Shown here: one piece after another, positions 10,418-21,350 of the stretch
Layout: each line of letters begins with the position of its first letter
Numbering within the stretch: position 1 is the stretch's first letter
NCBI GenBank assembly: GCA_020445045.1
Contig: JAGRHI010000014.1
Coordinates: 1-45,866 of the forward strand
From: Candidatus Competibacteraceae bacterium
GTDB taxonomy: Bacteria > Pseudomonadota > Gammaproteobacteria > Competibacterales > Competibacteraceae
Direction of reading: 5' to 3'
Length of the DNA stretch: 45,866 nt
Notes under the pieces: model-generated
Database searches by the model: none
Told to the model about the DNA's origin: nothing
What the model saw: only the letters and a program-made list of their open reading frames with translations
Made by a program: the position numbers and the translations under genes

Positions 10418-13400
10418 TTATAACCAACGTCTCAATAATGATTTCAACTTTTCATACTGGAACGGTTTCACTAAGTAATCATCCATTCCCGTCTCCAGGC
10501 ACTTCTCTCGATCGCCAGGCATCGCATGCGCCGTCAGAGCCACGATCAGCAATCGTGCCCGCCGCCCACCAGCTTGTTCGCGCGCTCGAATCGCTCGGGT
10601 CGCTTCATAACCGTCCATTTCCGGCATTTGGCAATCCATCAGCACCAAATCGAAGCTTTTTTGCTCCAGGGCTTGCAATGCTTCCCGCCCATTATTGGCG
10701 ACTTCCACGATCACTCCCAACTGCGCTAACATTTCCCGACATACCAACTGATTCACCGGATTATCTTCCACCAGTAAAATCCATTTATCCTTAAACGGCG
10801 ATTCTGTTTCCTCTCCACGTAAAAGTTTCGCCGCCACGAGTTCCGGCGGGTCGTCGCCTGACAATCGAGTCAGAATCTTGTGTAATTCCAAGTTGCGTAC
10901 CGGCTTGTTCAACCACGCATCGACCGTCGACCTCTCCTCTGGAGTTGGCTCCGCGCCCAACATAATCAGACGCGTGGTTGTCAAAGTTCGGTCGGCGCGG
11001 ATGGCACGCGCCAGCGTCAAGCCGTCCATCGCCGGCATGTGCCAATCCAACAGCGCCAGCCGGTACGGACGCCCGGCTTCCACCTCGCGTCGCAGTTCCC
11101 GCAAGGCCGCGACTCCACCTTCCACCGCCACTGGTTGCATGCCCCAAGCCCGCAAACATTCCGTTAACGCCTGACGGCTGGTGGCGTTGTCGTCCACCAC
11201 CAGAACCCGCTGACCCGCCCAGGGCAGTGGCGTCATTTCGGGTGTCGGGATCGCGACGGCTTCCAGCCGGAGCACGAACGAGAACTCCGAGCCTCGACCC
11301 AAAGCGCTTTGCACCGTCAGCGTCCCTCCCAGCAGCGCCACCAGTTGCTGGGAAATCGTCAGACCCAAACCCGTGCCGCCGTATTTGCGGGTGGTGCTGC
11401 CATCGGCCTGAACAAACGCGTCGAAGATTCGAGCCTGCTGTGACTCCGTCATGCCGATGCCAGTATCCCGCACCGTGAAACGCAACCGGTCCCCCTCGAC
11501 GGGTTCCACTCGCAACACGACTTCGCCTCGCTCAGTGAATTTGACGGCGTTGCTCAACAAATTCGTCAATACTTGATGTAACCGCGTCGGATCGCCAAGC
11601 ACGCGTTGGGGTACCCGGTCCGCCACCGCGCACACCAGTTCCAATCCCTTGCGATGGGCCCCGCCGGCCAGGAGTCCCGCCACGTCTTCCGCTTGCTGGC
11701 GCGGGTCGAACTCGATTCGTTCCAGGTTCAGCCGACCCGCTTCCAGCTTGGAGATATCCAAGATATCGTTGATGATCGTCAACAAATTCTTGGCCGAATT
11801 CTGGGCCGTATGCAGATAGCTCCGCTGTTTGGCGTCCATCTCGGTTCTCTCCAGGAGTTCGAGGGTGCCCAGCACGCCATTCATCGGCGTCCGAATCTCG
11901 TGGCTCATGTTCGCCAGAAACTCCGACTTGGTCCGATTGACCCGATCGGCGACTTCCTTGGCGGTGCGCAGCTCGCGTTCGTGGCGATCGAGAATTCGCC
12001 CCGTCCAATAGGCGATCAGCCCAGCCAGTAGCAAACTTCCACCGCAGACTCCCATCAGTGCCCGACTTCGCGCTTTGTGGCTGGTCATCAACGCTATTCG
12101 CAGCGCTCCGGTATCGGCTTGTACTTGACCGATCAGTCCATCGATCTGATCGGTTACCGCTTTGGCGATGTGGCGGCTGTCCGCCAGTAATTGCTGTATC
12201 CGCGCATTCAGACCCAGAAACTCCCGATGGATTGCGAACACGCTGCGCTCACCTTCGCCGAAGGCGGTCAAGCGTTTTTCGATATCCGCCACATTGTTGG
12301 CGAGCACAGGGTTGCGCCAGGCCAGTTCGCTGGCCTGAAACGTCTTCGCGGCGATCCGAAAAATGTCGTGGGAACGCTTGAAGCGATCTTGCAATATCCC
12401 CAAGCCATCGACGTCGTTGGCTTCGGCGACCGCGGCCAACACGGCGAATAGCAGGTTGCCTTCACTCCGGATGTCAAGGGCATAGCCCAAATTCCGTCCC
12501 ATTTGCTCGATGATGACCAACACGGCTGACTGAACTTGATCCAGTTCCCGCTGAAGATGTCCCGCCAAATGGGACTTGACCTGCTCCGAATAGTGCTCGA
12601 GCGCGGCCGCGAATTCCCGTTCCAGGGCATCGGATTGTGAGGGTGGCGATCCGGCTTGCAAAAACCGTTTGCCCACATCCTCCAAATGCGTGAAATCCAC
12701 GTCCTGTTCAGCATGTTGCACCGCCTGTAGTCGGGTCAACGCGGTACGCGTCAGCTCGATCAGATCTTTTCGCGGGCCAGCGTGGTTTTCGCCGGAGCCG
12801 AGGCGCGTCATAATGAGGCGATCACGCAGCAGGCGTAGTTCCGTGATCGCCAGTATCTGTTGCACATGCTGCTCTTGCAGTTCCCGCATGGCCGTCATTT
12901 GTCGGCGGATGGCGCGTTTGGCAAGCAACTGGTTGAGCGAATTGACCCCATAAATGACGGGGCTAACGGTATCGTTCATCTCGCCATGAACCTTACCGAC
13001 CTCGGCCAGCATCGCGGTCTGCTGGTCATTCAACAGGATGCGATCGGTATTCGCCGCCTTAAGCGTTTTCAGTGTCGCGGCCAAAAAGGACACTCGGTCG
13101 CGCAAGATGGCGATGATATTGGGATCGACGTGGACGGTTAATCGAGCGATGTGGATGTCAATCTCGCGAACAAGATCGTCCAACTGATCGGCAAGTTGCT
13201 GCAATTGTTCATGATCGCTAGCGTTTGCCAGGGTTGGCGCTAGCGCGACCAGTAGCGCGCTACGCTCCGACAGACGCAAGGCGGCTAAAGTTTCCGGCAG
13301 AATTTCGCGAGTGGTACGCTCCACGGCCTGGCCGAGCTGATCGGATGTGTAAAGCGCGACACCCACGGCGATCGTCAGGATGACGGCAATTCCGCCAAAA

Positions 13401-13474
13401 GCCAGATACAGCGCTGTCTTGAACTGACTCTGGCCGGTGTCGGCGGGTCTAGCGATCCGCATCGCGAAACTCAC
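10418..13474 (-). CDS. Hybrid sensor histidine kinase (large helical periplasmic domain, HisKA, HATPase, two receivers)
   Basis: Two TM segments, [16 protein letters not shown]-box, [15 protein letters not shown] and GGTGLGL, plus two receiver domains (LLDWHMP, LMDCQMP). No HPt domain. Confidence 0.93.
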   Translation of the reverse strand: MSFAMRIARPADTGQSQFKTALYLAFGGIAVILTIAVGVALYTSDQLGQAVERTTREILPETLAALRLSERSALLVALAPTLANASDHEQLQQLADQLDDLVREIDIHIARLTVHVDPNIIAILRDRVSFLAATLKTLKAANTDRILLNDQQTAMLAEVGKVHGEMNDTVSPVIYGVNSLNQLLAKRAIRRQMTAMRELQEQHVQQILAITELRLLRDRLIMTRLGSGENHAGPRKDLIELTRTALTRLQAVQHAEQDVDFTHLEDVGKRFLQAGSPPSQSDALEREFAAALEHYSEQVKSHLAGHLQRELDQVQSAVLVIIEQMGRNLGYALDIRSEGNLLFAVLAAVAEANDVDGLGILQDRFKRSHDIFRIAAKTFQASELAWRNPVLANNVADIEKRLTAFGEGERSVFAIHREFLGLNARIQQLLADSRHIAKAVTDQIDGLIGQVQADTGALRIALMTSHKARSRALMGVCGGSLLLAGLIAYWTGRILDRHERELRTAKEVADRVNRTKSEFLANMSHEIRTPMNGVLGTLELLERTEMDAKQRSYLHTAQNSAKNLLTIINDILDISKLEAGRLNLERIEFDPRQQAEDVAGLLAGGAHRKGLELVCAVADRVPQRVLGDPTRLHQVLTNLLSNAVKFTERGEVVLRVEPVEGDRLRFTVRDTGIGMTESQQARIFDAFVQADGSTTRKYGGTGLGLTISQQLVALLGGTLTVQSALGRGSEFSFVLRLEAVAIPTPEMTPLPWAGQRVLVVDDNATSRQALTECLRAWGMQPVAVEGGVAALRELRREVEAGRPYRLALLDWHMPAMDGLTLARAIRADRTLTTTRLIMLGAEPTPEERSTVDAWLNKPVRNLELHKILTRLSGDDPPELVAAKLLRGEETESPFKDKWILLVEDNPVNQLVCREMLAQLGVIVEVANNGREALQALEQKSFDLVLMDCQMPEMDGYEATRAIRAREQAGGRRARLLIVALTAHAMPGDREKCLETGMDDYLVKPFQYEKLKSLLRRWL

Positions 13475-15915
13475 GGCAAGCCGCTAGCGCGCAAGATTTC
13501 CGCGGCGTTGGAACGATCGATGGTCAGGGTCGGCAAGGTCAACCGCTTGGGAATATCCTCTCCCTTCAGAAACCGCAACGCTTCCCGGATGCCCTCGTCG
13601 CCAGGCGTTTTGTAAAGAAAAGTGGCGGTAAGGATGCCATCGCGCACCCACTTGACGCCTTCGGCCGGAATGCCGTCGATGCCCAGGAAGGCAATGCCCT
13701 TTTCCCGCTTCGCGTCCTTGGCGGCTTGGTAGGCACCGTAAGCCATGGGGTCGTTGTGAGCGTAAACCAGATCGATGATCGGCTGTTTTTCGAGGATATC
13801 GACCATGATGTCGTAGGCGCGATCCTGCTTCCAGTCGCCGTCCCGAGGCGGGTTGACGATTTGGATACCCGGTTCCTGGCTGACGATTTCGTAAAATCCC
13901 TTGTGGCGATCCTGGGCTGGCGTGGACGCCATGCCGCCCCAGATTTCCACCACTTTGCCCCGCGCCTGGCCGGGACCGCCGAGCAACTTGACCGCGTAGC
14001 GACCGGCGGCGCGACCGATTTCATGATTGTCGCCTCCAATGAACTGGGTATAGCGATCGTTTAACACATCCCGGTCCAGCACGATGACGGGAATTCCGGT
14101 ATCGAAGGCTTTGCTCACCACCGGCGTCAGCGCCTCCGCGACCTTGGGTGAAATGAGGATGACATCGACCCGTCGAGCGATAAAGGCTTCCATATCGGCC
14201 ACTTGCTGCTCGGCCTTATCCATGCCGTCTTTCGCGATCAGCTCGATTTGCGGATACTTGGCCGCTTCCTCCCGCAGCTCCTTGTTGAACAGCAACCGCC
14301 ACGGCTCGGTGGTGGTGGCCTGGGAAAAACCGATCACGACTCGTCGTCGCTCGGCGATCGCATGGGGGCGTGGCCGGTTGGGCTCGGGCGACAATCCCAT
14401 GGAGGTGCGATAGATGGCGAGCTGCTGGTCGCGCCCGAGGTCGTCGGTGATGATTTCCCAGTGGGCCGCGACTCGATCCAGTGCCTCCTTGACGGGTATC
14501 TCGCCGTTCAGCGCGCGAGTCAACTGGAGTTCCAAGGCTTCGGTGTAGCGGAAAAACCCCGGAATGCGCAGGTCCAGGGCCACCTGCGGTGAATCGAGAC
14601 TGGCCCGTAGCACTTCCAGATATTCCGCCGCCGCGGGTCGAGAAAAAACCTGGGTCCAAGCATCGATGCTGGTAAAGTGAGTCAGCCGATAGGGATTGAT
14701 CCCGGTACCGCTGGTCACCACGTCATGCAGGCTGTTTTCCGGGCTGGAATACCACTGGATGTAATCCCAGGCGGCTGCTTGATGGCGGCTGTTCTTGGGT
14801 ACGCCGGCGACCCAACCGCCAAACGCCAGAAACGGGGCCTTGTAAGGATGTTCGAACCGCTCCCACTGCCAGAGCCGGCCGTTCCAAACGTCGCGGCTGC
14901 CTGGCAGGATGAAATAACCCACCTTGCCGACGATGCGGGACTGGGTCGAATCGTTGGCCAACGGTCCGGTATCCCCCCAATCCAGAATCATCGCCGCGCG
15001 GCCGCTCATGAAGGCTTGACGCGCTTCGACGATGCCGTAACCCTTGGCGTCCGGCGGACAGAATTTCAGGATATCCACATAGTCCCGCACGGCCCGTACC
15101 CAGCCAGGATTGTTGATTTGCGCCCGCATGGTGTCGGGATCGAAGAATTGGGCACCTCGAAAGTCGGGGTGATTGGTGTAGGCGGAAGCCCGGCTGAACA
15201 CATCCCAGAACTGTTGGCCACCGCGCGCGAACGCCTCCGCCGCGCCATAGAGCGTCGTACCGTCGGAAGCCCGGCGGCCGGTGAAGAACTCGGCGATGTC
15301 CCGGTATTCGGTCCACGTATCGGGTGGCGTCAGCTCGCGACCGTAACGCTCGCGGAAATCCTTGCGGTTGGCCGGGTCCTCGAACAAATCCTTGCGATAG
15401 TAGCCTTGGAACAAGTCGCCATCCACGGTCATGGCGATCCACTTGCCGTTCCAGGTCATCAACCGTTCCCGATAGGTGGGATGGATGTCGTCGAACGACT
15501 CGTTGCGAATCAGTTCGGTTGGCACTTCGGCGAGGTAAGTAAAGAAATCACCAGCCCAGGCGGATGGGTACAACAGCACGTCGTAAACGGGCTGTTTGGC
15601 GGTCAGGGACGCCATGAACTCGTCGAATAGTTTGCCAAACGGCGTGCCAATCACTCGTACCTTGCCACCCGTGCGTTGCTCCCAGGTTTGAGCATGGGCT
15701 TTGGCTGGCGCGCCGATGGCCGAAACGTCTTGTACACCGACGGTGATCTCGACGCCGGAAAAGCGTGGCTTGGGTGACTGCTGCGCGAAAACGGGCGACA
15801 GGTGGAACGACAGCCCGAGGAAAGCGATCAATACCCGAGCAAGAAATCCCAAGCCATTGTTTTTCAAATCGCTTGTGGTTATATCAAACCAGGAAGAAAT
15901 TATAAACGTCGACAT
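13471..15915 (-). CDS. Fused double periplasmic solute-binding protein (class II sugar-binding + class I RbsB-like)
   Basis: N-terminal about 500 aa resemble an extracellular sugar SBP ([22 protein letters not shown]). C-terminal about 290 aa are RbsB-like ([34 protein letters not shown]). Overlaps the kinase start by 4 nt. Confidence 0.85.
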   Translation of the reverse strand: MSTFIISSWFDITTSDLKNNGLGFLARVLIAFLGLSFHLSPVFAQQSPKPRFSGVEITVGVQDVSAIGAPAKAHAQTWEQRTGGKVRVIGTPFGKLFDEFMASLTAKQPVYDVLLYPSAWAGDFFTYLAEVPTELIRNESFDDIHPTYRERLMTWNGKWIAMTVDGDLFQGYYRKDLFEDPANRKDFRERYGRELTPPDTWTEYRDIAEFFTGRRASDGTTLYGAAEAFARGGQQFWDVFSRASAYTNHPDFRGAQFFDPDTMRAQINNPGWVRAVRDYVDILKFCPPDAKGYGIVEARQAFMSGRAAMILDWGDTGPLANDSTQSRIVGKVGYFILPGSRDVWNGRLWQWERFEHPYKAPFLAFGGWVAGVPKNSRHQAAAWDYIQWYSSPENSLHDVVTSGTGINPYRLTHFTSIDAWTQVFSRPAAAEYLEVLRASLDSPQVALDLRIPGFFRYTEALELQLTRALNGEIPVKEALDRVAAHWEIITDDLGRDQQLAIYRTSMGLSPEPNRPRPHAIAERRRVVIGFSQATTTEPWRLLFNKELREEAAKYPQIELIAKDGMDKAEQQVADMEAFIARRVDVILISPKVAEALTPVVSKAFDTGIPVIVLDRDVLNDRYTQFIGGDNHEIGRAAGRYAVKLLGGPGQARGKVVEIWGGMASTPAQDRHKGFYEIVSQEPGIQIVNPPRDGDWKQDRAYDIMVDILEKQPIIDLVYAHNDPMAYGAYQAAKDAKREKGIAFLGIDGIPAEGVKWVRDGILTATFLYKTPGDEGIREALRFLKGEDIPKRLTLPTLTIDRSNAAEILRASGLP

Positions 15916-16249
15916 TTAACTTCCGTCCCTGTTCACTGGGCATGTTCACGATAAAGGCTAAACGTTTTTGTACCTGAATGCCCAGTTTTCGAGGTTCATA
16001 CACGGTCGCCCCTGTTTGCCACAAGCCTCTCCATCGGTAACGGCGAGACGAGCAAAATTGCGGCCATGCACCTGGACTTTTCATGAGGCCTGGCTTCGGT
16101 CCCCGATGGAACAGGCTAGCGGACTCCACCATCATCATGTCGCGCTGGATGCGCCCTGAGCCAATCGGATTCCACCCGCCACGATCTGACATGTCCTGCC
16201 TTGCCATCACGCTGGCCCAAGCAATCGGTGGAATGAATCCTCTGTGCCG

Positions 16250-16535
16250 TGGGTTGTTGATCGCCTTGCGAATCACGCTGTTGAGCGACTCGATGGCGTT
16301 GGTGGCATGGATGATTCGGCGGATGTCTTCCGGGCAATCGAACCTGGTGATCACATGTTCCCAATGCCGCAACCATTAATGAGCTGATCAAGGGATATTT
16401 GCCATCCCAACGCTCGGCCAGGGCCTCCAGCGCCCGCTACGCCTCGGCGACCGTGATGGCCTGATAAATTCGTTTCAAATTCGCCACCACGGCCCGACGG
16501 TCTTTATTGGCCACATAGCGCAAGATGTTGCGCTC
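16250..16535 (-). pseudogene. IS256-family transposase remnant
   Basis: RNILRYVANKDRRAVVANLKRIYQA..*..ERWDGKYP, then a frameshift into WEHV..PEDIRRIIHATNAIESLNSVIRK. Contains an internal stop. Confidence 0.88.
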
Positions 16536-16787
16536 TAGTGGATCATTTGCCTTGCTGATCGCGATTGTCAGGACAGTTCCACTGACCGTTGAACTTGATT
16601 CGGCTATCGTACCGGTTGTCGGTCAACACAGCGGCTGACCATGCCGCCGATGGTCCGAACGCGAACAGGCTGCCTGGAGTCATAACATTGCGATTTTAGA
16701 ACCTGTTATTCGTATCCCATCGGAGCACGCCATCGCCGGCCTGCAATACGCTTTTCGCACCCTGAACCTATCGGGAGAATTCATGCA

Positions 16788-19034
16788 ATGACATCCGGAT
16801 CGCCCGTTCAATCCTTGCGTCTGGCCATCACCGGCATGAGTTGCGCTGGCTGCGTCGCCGCCGTGGAAACCGCCCTGCGCGGGGCGCCCGGCGTCGCCGA
16901 GGCCAACGTCAATTTCGCCGAGCGCACCGCCCAGGTGGCCGGCGCCGCCGAAGCCGCGACGCTGATCCAGGCGGTGCGGGCGGCCGGTTACGATGCCGCC
17001 GAACTGCGCGACGACGCCGCCGAGGCCGAGCACGACGCCGCCGAACAAGCCCATTATCGCCGTCTGGTTCGCAATACCGTCGTTGCCGGCGCCTTGGCCG
17101 CACCCTTGCTAGTGGCGGAACTGGCCGGCTGGCTACCGACGTTGAGCAGTCCCGGCGGCCGATGGTTCTGGATCGCGACCGGCCTGCTGACCCTAGCGGC
17201 GATGATCTACAGCGGCGGCCACTTCTTCGGCGGCGCCTGGCATCAATTTCGCCACCACAATGCCAACATGGATACCCTGATCGCCCTGGGCACCGGCGCC
17301 GCCTGGTCGTATTCGATGCTGGTGGCCCTGTTCCCCAGCAGCGTGCCCAGTTTGGCCCAGCACGCCTACTTCGAGGCGGCGGTCACCATCATCGCCCTGA
17401 TCAACCTCGGCTCCGCCCTGGAAAGCCGCGCGCGCGGCAAAGCCTCGACCGCCATCCAGCGCCTGCTCGGCCTGCGCCCGAAAACCGCTCGCTTGGTCGC
17501 GGGCGATCAAGAACGGGATGTCCCCATCGAAACCCTGCGGATCGGCGATTCGATCCGGGTGCGGCCGGGCGAAAAAATCCCGGTGGACGGCGACATCGTG
17601 CACGGCCACTCGACCGTGGACGAATCGATGTTGACCGGCGAACCGCTATCGGTGATCAAGCAAGCCGGCGATGCCGTGACCGGCGGCACGGTGAATCAAA
17701 CCGGCACCTTCGTATTCCGCGCCGCCCGGGTCGGCGAGGACACGGTGCTAGCCCACATCGTCGCCAGCGTGCGGCAGGCGCAAAACAGCAAGCCACCGAT
17801 CGGCCGGCTCGCCGACCGGGTCGCCGCCGTGTTCGTCCCCTCGGTGCTGATCGTGGCCGTCCTCACCGCGCTGGCCTGGTTCAATTTCGGCCCCGAACCG
17901 CGGATCGGCTATGTCCTGGTCACCAGCCTGACCGTGCTGATCATCGCCTGCCCCTGCGCGCTGGGGCTGGCCACGCCGATCTCGATCATGGTCGGGGTCG
18001 GCAAGGCCGCCGAGCACGGCATCCTGATCCGCGACGGCGAAGCCTTGCAGCGGGTCGGCCGGCTCACCGCCGTGGTACTGGACAAAACCGGCACCGTCAC
18101 CGCCGGTCGGCCGACGGTGACCAACGTGACCGTCCTGCCCAATTTTCAGGAGGACGAGATCTTCGCCTTGGCCGCTGGTCTGGAAGCCGGCTCCGAACAT
18201 CCGCTGGCCCAAGCGATTCTGAGTACCGCCCGCGACCGTGGGCTGAGTATCCCCGCCGTGGAGCGGTTCGAAGCCATCGCTGGCCACGGCGCCAGCGGCA
18301 CGGTGGATGGTCGAGCGGTGCTGGCCGGCAACCACCGCTTGCTGGAAACCCACGGCATCGATACCACCCTGCTCCAGGCCGAAGCCGAGCGATTGGCCAC
18401 CCAGGGACAGACGCCGGTATTCGTCGCCGCCGACGGCCGAGCGGCCGGCATCGTCGCGGTGGCCGATCCCATCAAGCCGGACTCCGCCGCCGCCGTGCGC
18501 CGCCTGCGGGAACTGGGGCTGCACGTGGTGCTGCTGACCGGCGATCACGCCGCCACCGCCCGCGCCATCGCCGCGCAGGCCGGTATCGAGGAAATTCACG
18601 CCGAGGTGCCGCCGACCGGGAAGGCCGATGTCGTCGCCGGCTTGCAGGCGCGCGGCGAGGTGGTCGGCATGGTCGGCGACGGCATCAACGACGCCCCGGC
18701 GCTGGCCCAAGCCGACGTGGGCCTGGCGATGGGCACCGGTACCGATATCGCCATCGAAAGCGCCGGTATCACCCTGGTACGCGGCTCCCTGCATGGCATC
18801 GCCGATGCCGTGGCACTCTCACGCGCCACCCTGAGTAATATCAAGCAGAATCTATTCGGCGCTTTCCTTTACAATACCCTGGGGATTCCGCTCGCGGCGG
18901 GCGCGCTCTACCCCGCGACCGGATTGTTGCTCAACCCGATGCTGGCTGGCGCGGCCATGGCGTTGTCGTCGTTTACCGTCGTCAGCAACGCCAACCGGCT
19001 GCGCGGTTTCCAGCCGCGAGGCAAACCGACATGA
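16788..19034 (+). CDS. copA: Cu(I)-translocating P1B-type ATPase
   Basis: GMSCAGC metal-binding domain, [33 protein letters not shown] and MALSS motifs. Confidence 0.95.
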   Translation: MTSGSPVQSLRLAITGMSCAGCVAAVETALRGAPGVAEANVNFAERTAQVAGAAEAATLIQAVRAAGYDAAELRDDAAEAEHDAAEQAHYRRLVRNTVVAGALAAPLLVAELAGWLPTLSSPGGRWFWIATGLLTLAAMIYSGGHFFGGAWHQFRHHNANMDTLIALGTGAAWSYSMLVALFPSSVPSLAQHAYFEAAVTIIALINLGSALESRARGKASTAIQRLLGLRPKTARLVAGDQERDVPIETLRIGDSIRVRPGEKIPVDGDIVHGHSTVDESMLTGEPLSVIKQAGDAVTGGTVNQTGTFVFRAARVGEDTVLAHIVASVRQAQNSKPPIGRLADRVAAVFVPSVLIVAVLTALAWFNFGPEPRIGYVLVTSLTVLIIACPCALGLATPISIMVGVGKAAEHGILIRDGEALQRVGRLTAVVLDKTGTVTAGRPTVTNVTVLPNFQEDEIFALAAGLEAGSEHPLAQAILSTARDRGLSIPAVERFEAIAGHGASGTVDGRAVLAGNHRLLETHGIDTTLLQAEAERLATQGQTPVFVAADGRAAGIVAVADPIKPDSAAAVRRLRELGLHVVLLTGDHAATARAIAAQAGIEEIHAEVPPTGKADVVAGLQARGEVVGMVGDGINDAPALAQADVGLAMGTGTDIAIESAGITLVRGSLHGIADAVALSRATLSNIKQNLFGAFLYNTLGIPLAAGALYPATGLLLNPMLAGAAMALSSFTVVSNANRLRGFQPRGKPT

Positions 19035-19111
19035 CCGCACTCCTTGTCAATCTAGCCGGACTGGGGCTGATCGCCCTCATCGTCTGGTGGTTCTGGCTGG
19101 TTCGCCCATGA
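19031..19111 (+). CDS. 26-aa single-TM small protein [26 protein letters not shown] (absent from ORF track)
   Basis: ATGA overlap with the copA stop and ATGA overlap with the next gene. Resembles the N-terminal anchor of copA-linked cupredoxin-domain proteins. Confidence 0.6.
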   Translation: MTALLVNLAGLGLIALIVWWFWLVRP

Positions 19112-19422
19112 AACCGCCGCCACTTGCCAAACCGTCCTGGCTAAGCCGGCTGGGGCTGGCCGCGACCTCGGTGCTGGTGGTGGCGGTCGGTTTTACCGTC
19201 GCCTCGATCCTGTTCGCCATCCTGCTGATGGCGGGGTTGGTGGCCGGTGGCTGGCTGTGGTGGCGACTCCGCCGGTTGATGCGTCAGGCGCAACGGGCCG
19301 CCCCGGATTTCATCGACGGGGAATACACGGTGGAATCGGAACGACCCTTGCTGGAGGATCGCCGGACAGCGCCGGTCGAAGCCGCGGAGCGATCCGCCGC
19401 CGCGTCGCGCCGCATGCCGTGA
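19108..19422 (+). CDS. Small membrane protein, unknown function
   Basis: Long hydrophobic hairpin followed by FIDGEY. Overlapping start/stop codons on both sides. Confidence 0.7.
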   Translation: MKPPPLAKPSWLSRLGLAATSVLVVAVGFTVASILFAILLMAGLVAGGWLWWRLRRLMRQAQRAAPDFIDGEYTVESERPLLEDRRTAPVEAAERSAAASRRMP

Positions 19423-21347
19423 ACGCCGCTCCCACAGCCGAGCCGCTGGCCCGACGCATCTTCGCCGAGCAAGTCCGATTACTGTACGTCCAGGCCCCAC
19501 TCGGCACGATCGCCAGCCTGCTGATCGCGCCCCTGCTGGCGCTCGTCCACTGGGACATCGTGCCACACGCGATACTGCTGTGTTGGTTGACCTTGCTGGA
19601 AGCGACCGTCCTGATCCGGCTGGCGCTGATCGCCGCCTTCCAGCGCCGTCGGGAACCGAACGCCGACGCCGACCACTGGGCCAAACGCTATACCTGGGCC
19701 TGTGCCGCCAGCGGCGCCTGCTGGGGCGGGTGCGTCGTCCTGTTGATCCTGACTCCGTCCCTGGTGTACCAAAGCTTCACCGCGCTGGTGCTGAGCGGCA
19801 TGCTGATGGGCGGCGTGCTGACCATGATGCCGGTGCTGGTCACCTATGTGGCCTACGCCCTGCCGCTGAGCCTGCCGCCGGTGCTCTGGCTGCTGCTGCA
19901 AGACGATCCGCCGCGCGCCACCATGGGCGCCGCCGGCATCTTGTACCTGCTGCTGGCGCTGGGCACCGCCCAGCACTACCACCAGACGCTGGCCCGTTCG
20001 CTACGGCTGGCGCTGGAAAACGCGGGATTGGCTCAGTCGTTCGCCGCCGCCAAGGAACAGGCCGAGGCCAGCAACCAGCAATTGGCCGAGCAGCAAGCAG
20101 CACTGCGGGGCAGCGTGGAGGCCATGCGCGAGCTGTACGAGGTCATTTCCACCCCACGCCGCCACCCCATCGACCAGGTTCAAGCCATGCTGGCAATGGG
20201 CTGCCAGCGCTTCGGGCTGGCGATCGGTATCCTGTCGCATGTCGAAGCCGAGCGCTACGAAATCGTCCAGACCATCACGCCCGGCGGTGAAATCAGCCAA
20301 GGAGATGTCTTCGCTCTCGACGACACCTACTGCCGCGATACCCTGCGTGCCCGGGAACCGCTGGGCTTCGAACACGCCTCGGCCAGCGACTGGCGCCGGC
20401 ATCCCTGTTATCTGAAACTCAAGCTGGAAGCCTATCTGGGCGTATCGGTCCGGGTCGGCAAGCACGTCTACGGCACGCTCAACTTCTCCAGCTTCCGGCC
20501 TCGGCCGGCGCCGTTCACCACCGTGGACCGCGAGTTGATTCAGCTCATGGCCCGCTGGGTGGGCAGCGCCCTCGAACAGGAGCAGATGGCGGCAACCGCT
20601 CAGCGGCAACAGACCCTATTGGCCCACGCCTCGCGCCTCAATACCTTGGGTGAAATGGCCTCCGGGCTGGCGCACGAGATCAACCAGCCGATCACCGCCA
20701 TTTCCCTGTACGCCGAGACCGGCCTGACCCGCTTGCGCAACGGTCCGGTCGAACCGGCCGAACTGCGGGAAACGCTGGAGAAAATCGCCGCGCAAAGCAC
20801 CCGGACCCACGCCATCATCCAGCAGGTCCGCCATTTCGCCCGCCAGAGCAAACCGCAATACCTCACGGTGCGGGTCAGCGCCCTGCTCGACGATATCGCC
20901 GATTTCCTGGACATGGAAACCCGCCGCCATCATGTCCATCTCCGTCAGGACATCGGCCCGGACTTGCCGCCCGTGCTGGCCGACCCCCTGCAAGTCCAGC
21001 AGGTGATCCTCAATCTGGTGCGTAACGCGGTGGACGCCACGGGCTCGGTCGACGACCCGCGCACCATCCGCCTTTCCGCCCACCTCGGCCCGGATGGCGT
21101 CGAGCTCGCGGTTCAGGACAACGGCTCCGGTCTGGACCCAAGCCTGCTCAGACAGTTACCGCACCCCTTTTTCACCACCAAGCCCGACGGTCTGGGTCTG
21201 GGGCTGTCGATTAGTCAATCCATCGTCGAAGCCCACGGCGGCCGGCTGTGGGCCACGCCCAATCGAGGCGCCGGCGCCACCTTCCACTTTACCTTGCCCA
21301 CCGCCACCCGGCTCCATCGTCCCGAACGGGTGGAACTGACCCTCTAA
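19419..21347 (+). CDS. Membrane sensor histidine kinase with GAF domain
   Basis: Multi-TM N-terminus, GAF domain (TYC, HPCY, YLG, GTLNFS), LGEMASGLAHEINQP H-box, DNGSG, FFTTK and GLGLGL. GTG start overlaps the previous stop. Confidence 0.9.
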   Translation: MNAAPTAEPLARRIFAEQVRLLYVQAPLGTIASLLIAPLLALVHWDIVPHAILLCWLTLLEATVLIRLALIAAFQRRREPNADADHWAKRYTWACAASGACWGGCVVLLILTPSLVYQSFTALVLSGMLMGGVLTMMPVLVTYVAYALPLSLPPVLWLLLQDDPPRATMGAAGILYLLLALGTAQHYHQTLARSLRLALENAGLAQSFAAAKEQAEASNQQLAEQQAALRGSVEAMRELYEVISTPRRHPIDQVQAMLAMGCQRFGLAIGILSHVEAERYEIVQTITPGGEISQGDVFALDDTYCRDTLRAREPLGFEHASASDWRRHPCYLKLKLEAYLGVSVRVGKHVYGTLNFSSFRPRPAPFTTVDRELIQLMARWVGSALEQEQMAATAQRQQTLLAHASRLNTLGEMASGLAHEINQPITAISLYAETGLTRLRNGPVEPAELRETLEKIAAQSTRTHAIIQQVRHFARQSKPQYLTVRVSALLDDIADFLDMETRRHHVHLRQDIGPDLPPVLADPLQVQQVILNLVRNAVDATGSVDDPRTIRLSAHLGPDGVELAVQDNGSGLDPSLLRQLPHPFFTTKPDGLGLGLSISQSIVEAHGGRLWATPNRGAGATFHFTLPTATRLHRPERVELTL

Positions 21348-21350
21348 CTC

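Noticed and set aside
16841-18838. 665-aa alternative-frame ORF over copA, and the many other long overlapping ORFs in the track (e.g. 24141-25634, 3258-4580, 36862-38121)
   Set aside because: Arg/Pro/Gly-rich shadow frames expected in high-GC DNA. They overlap well-supported genes and show no motifs.
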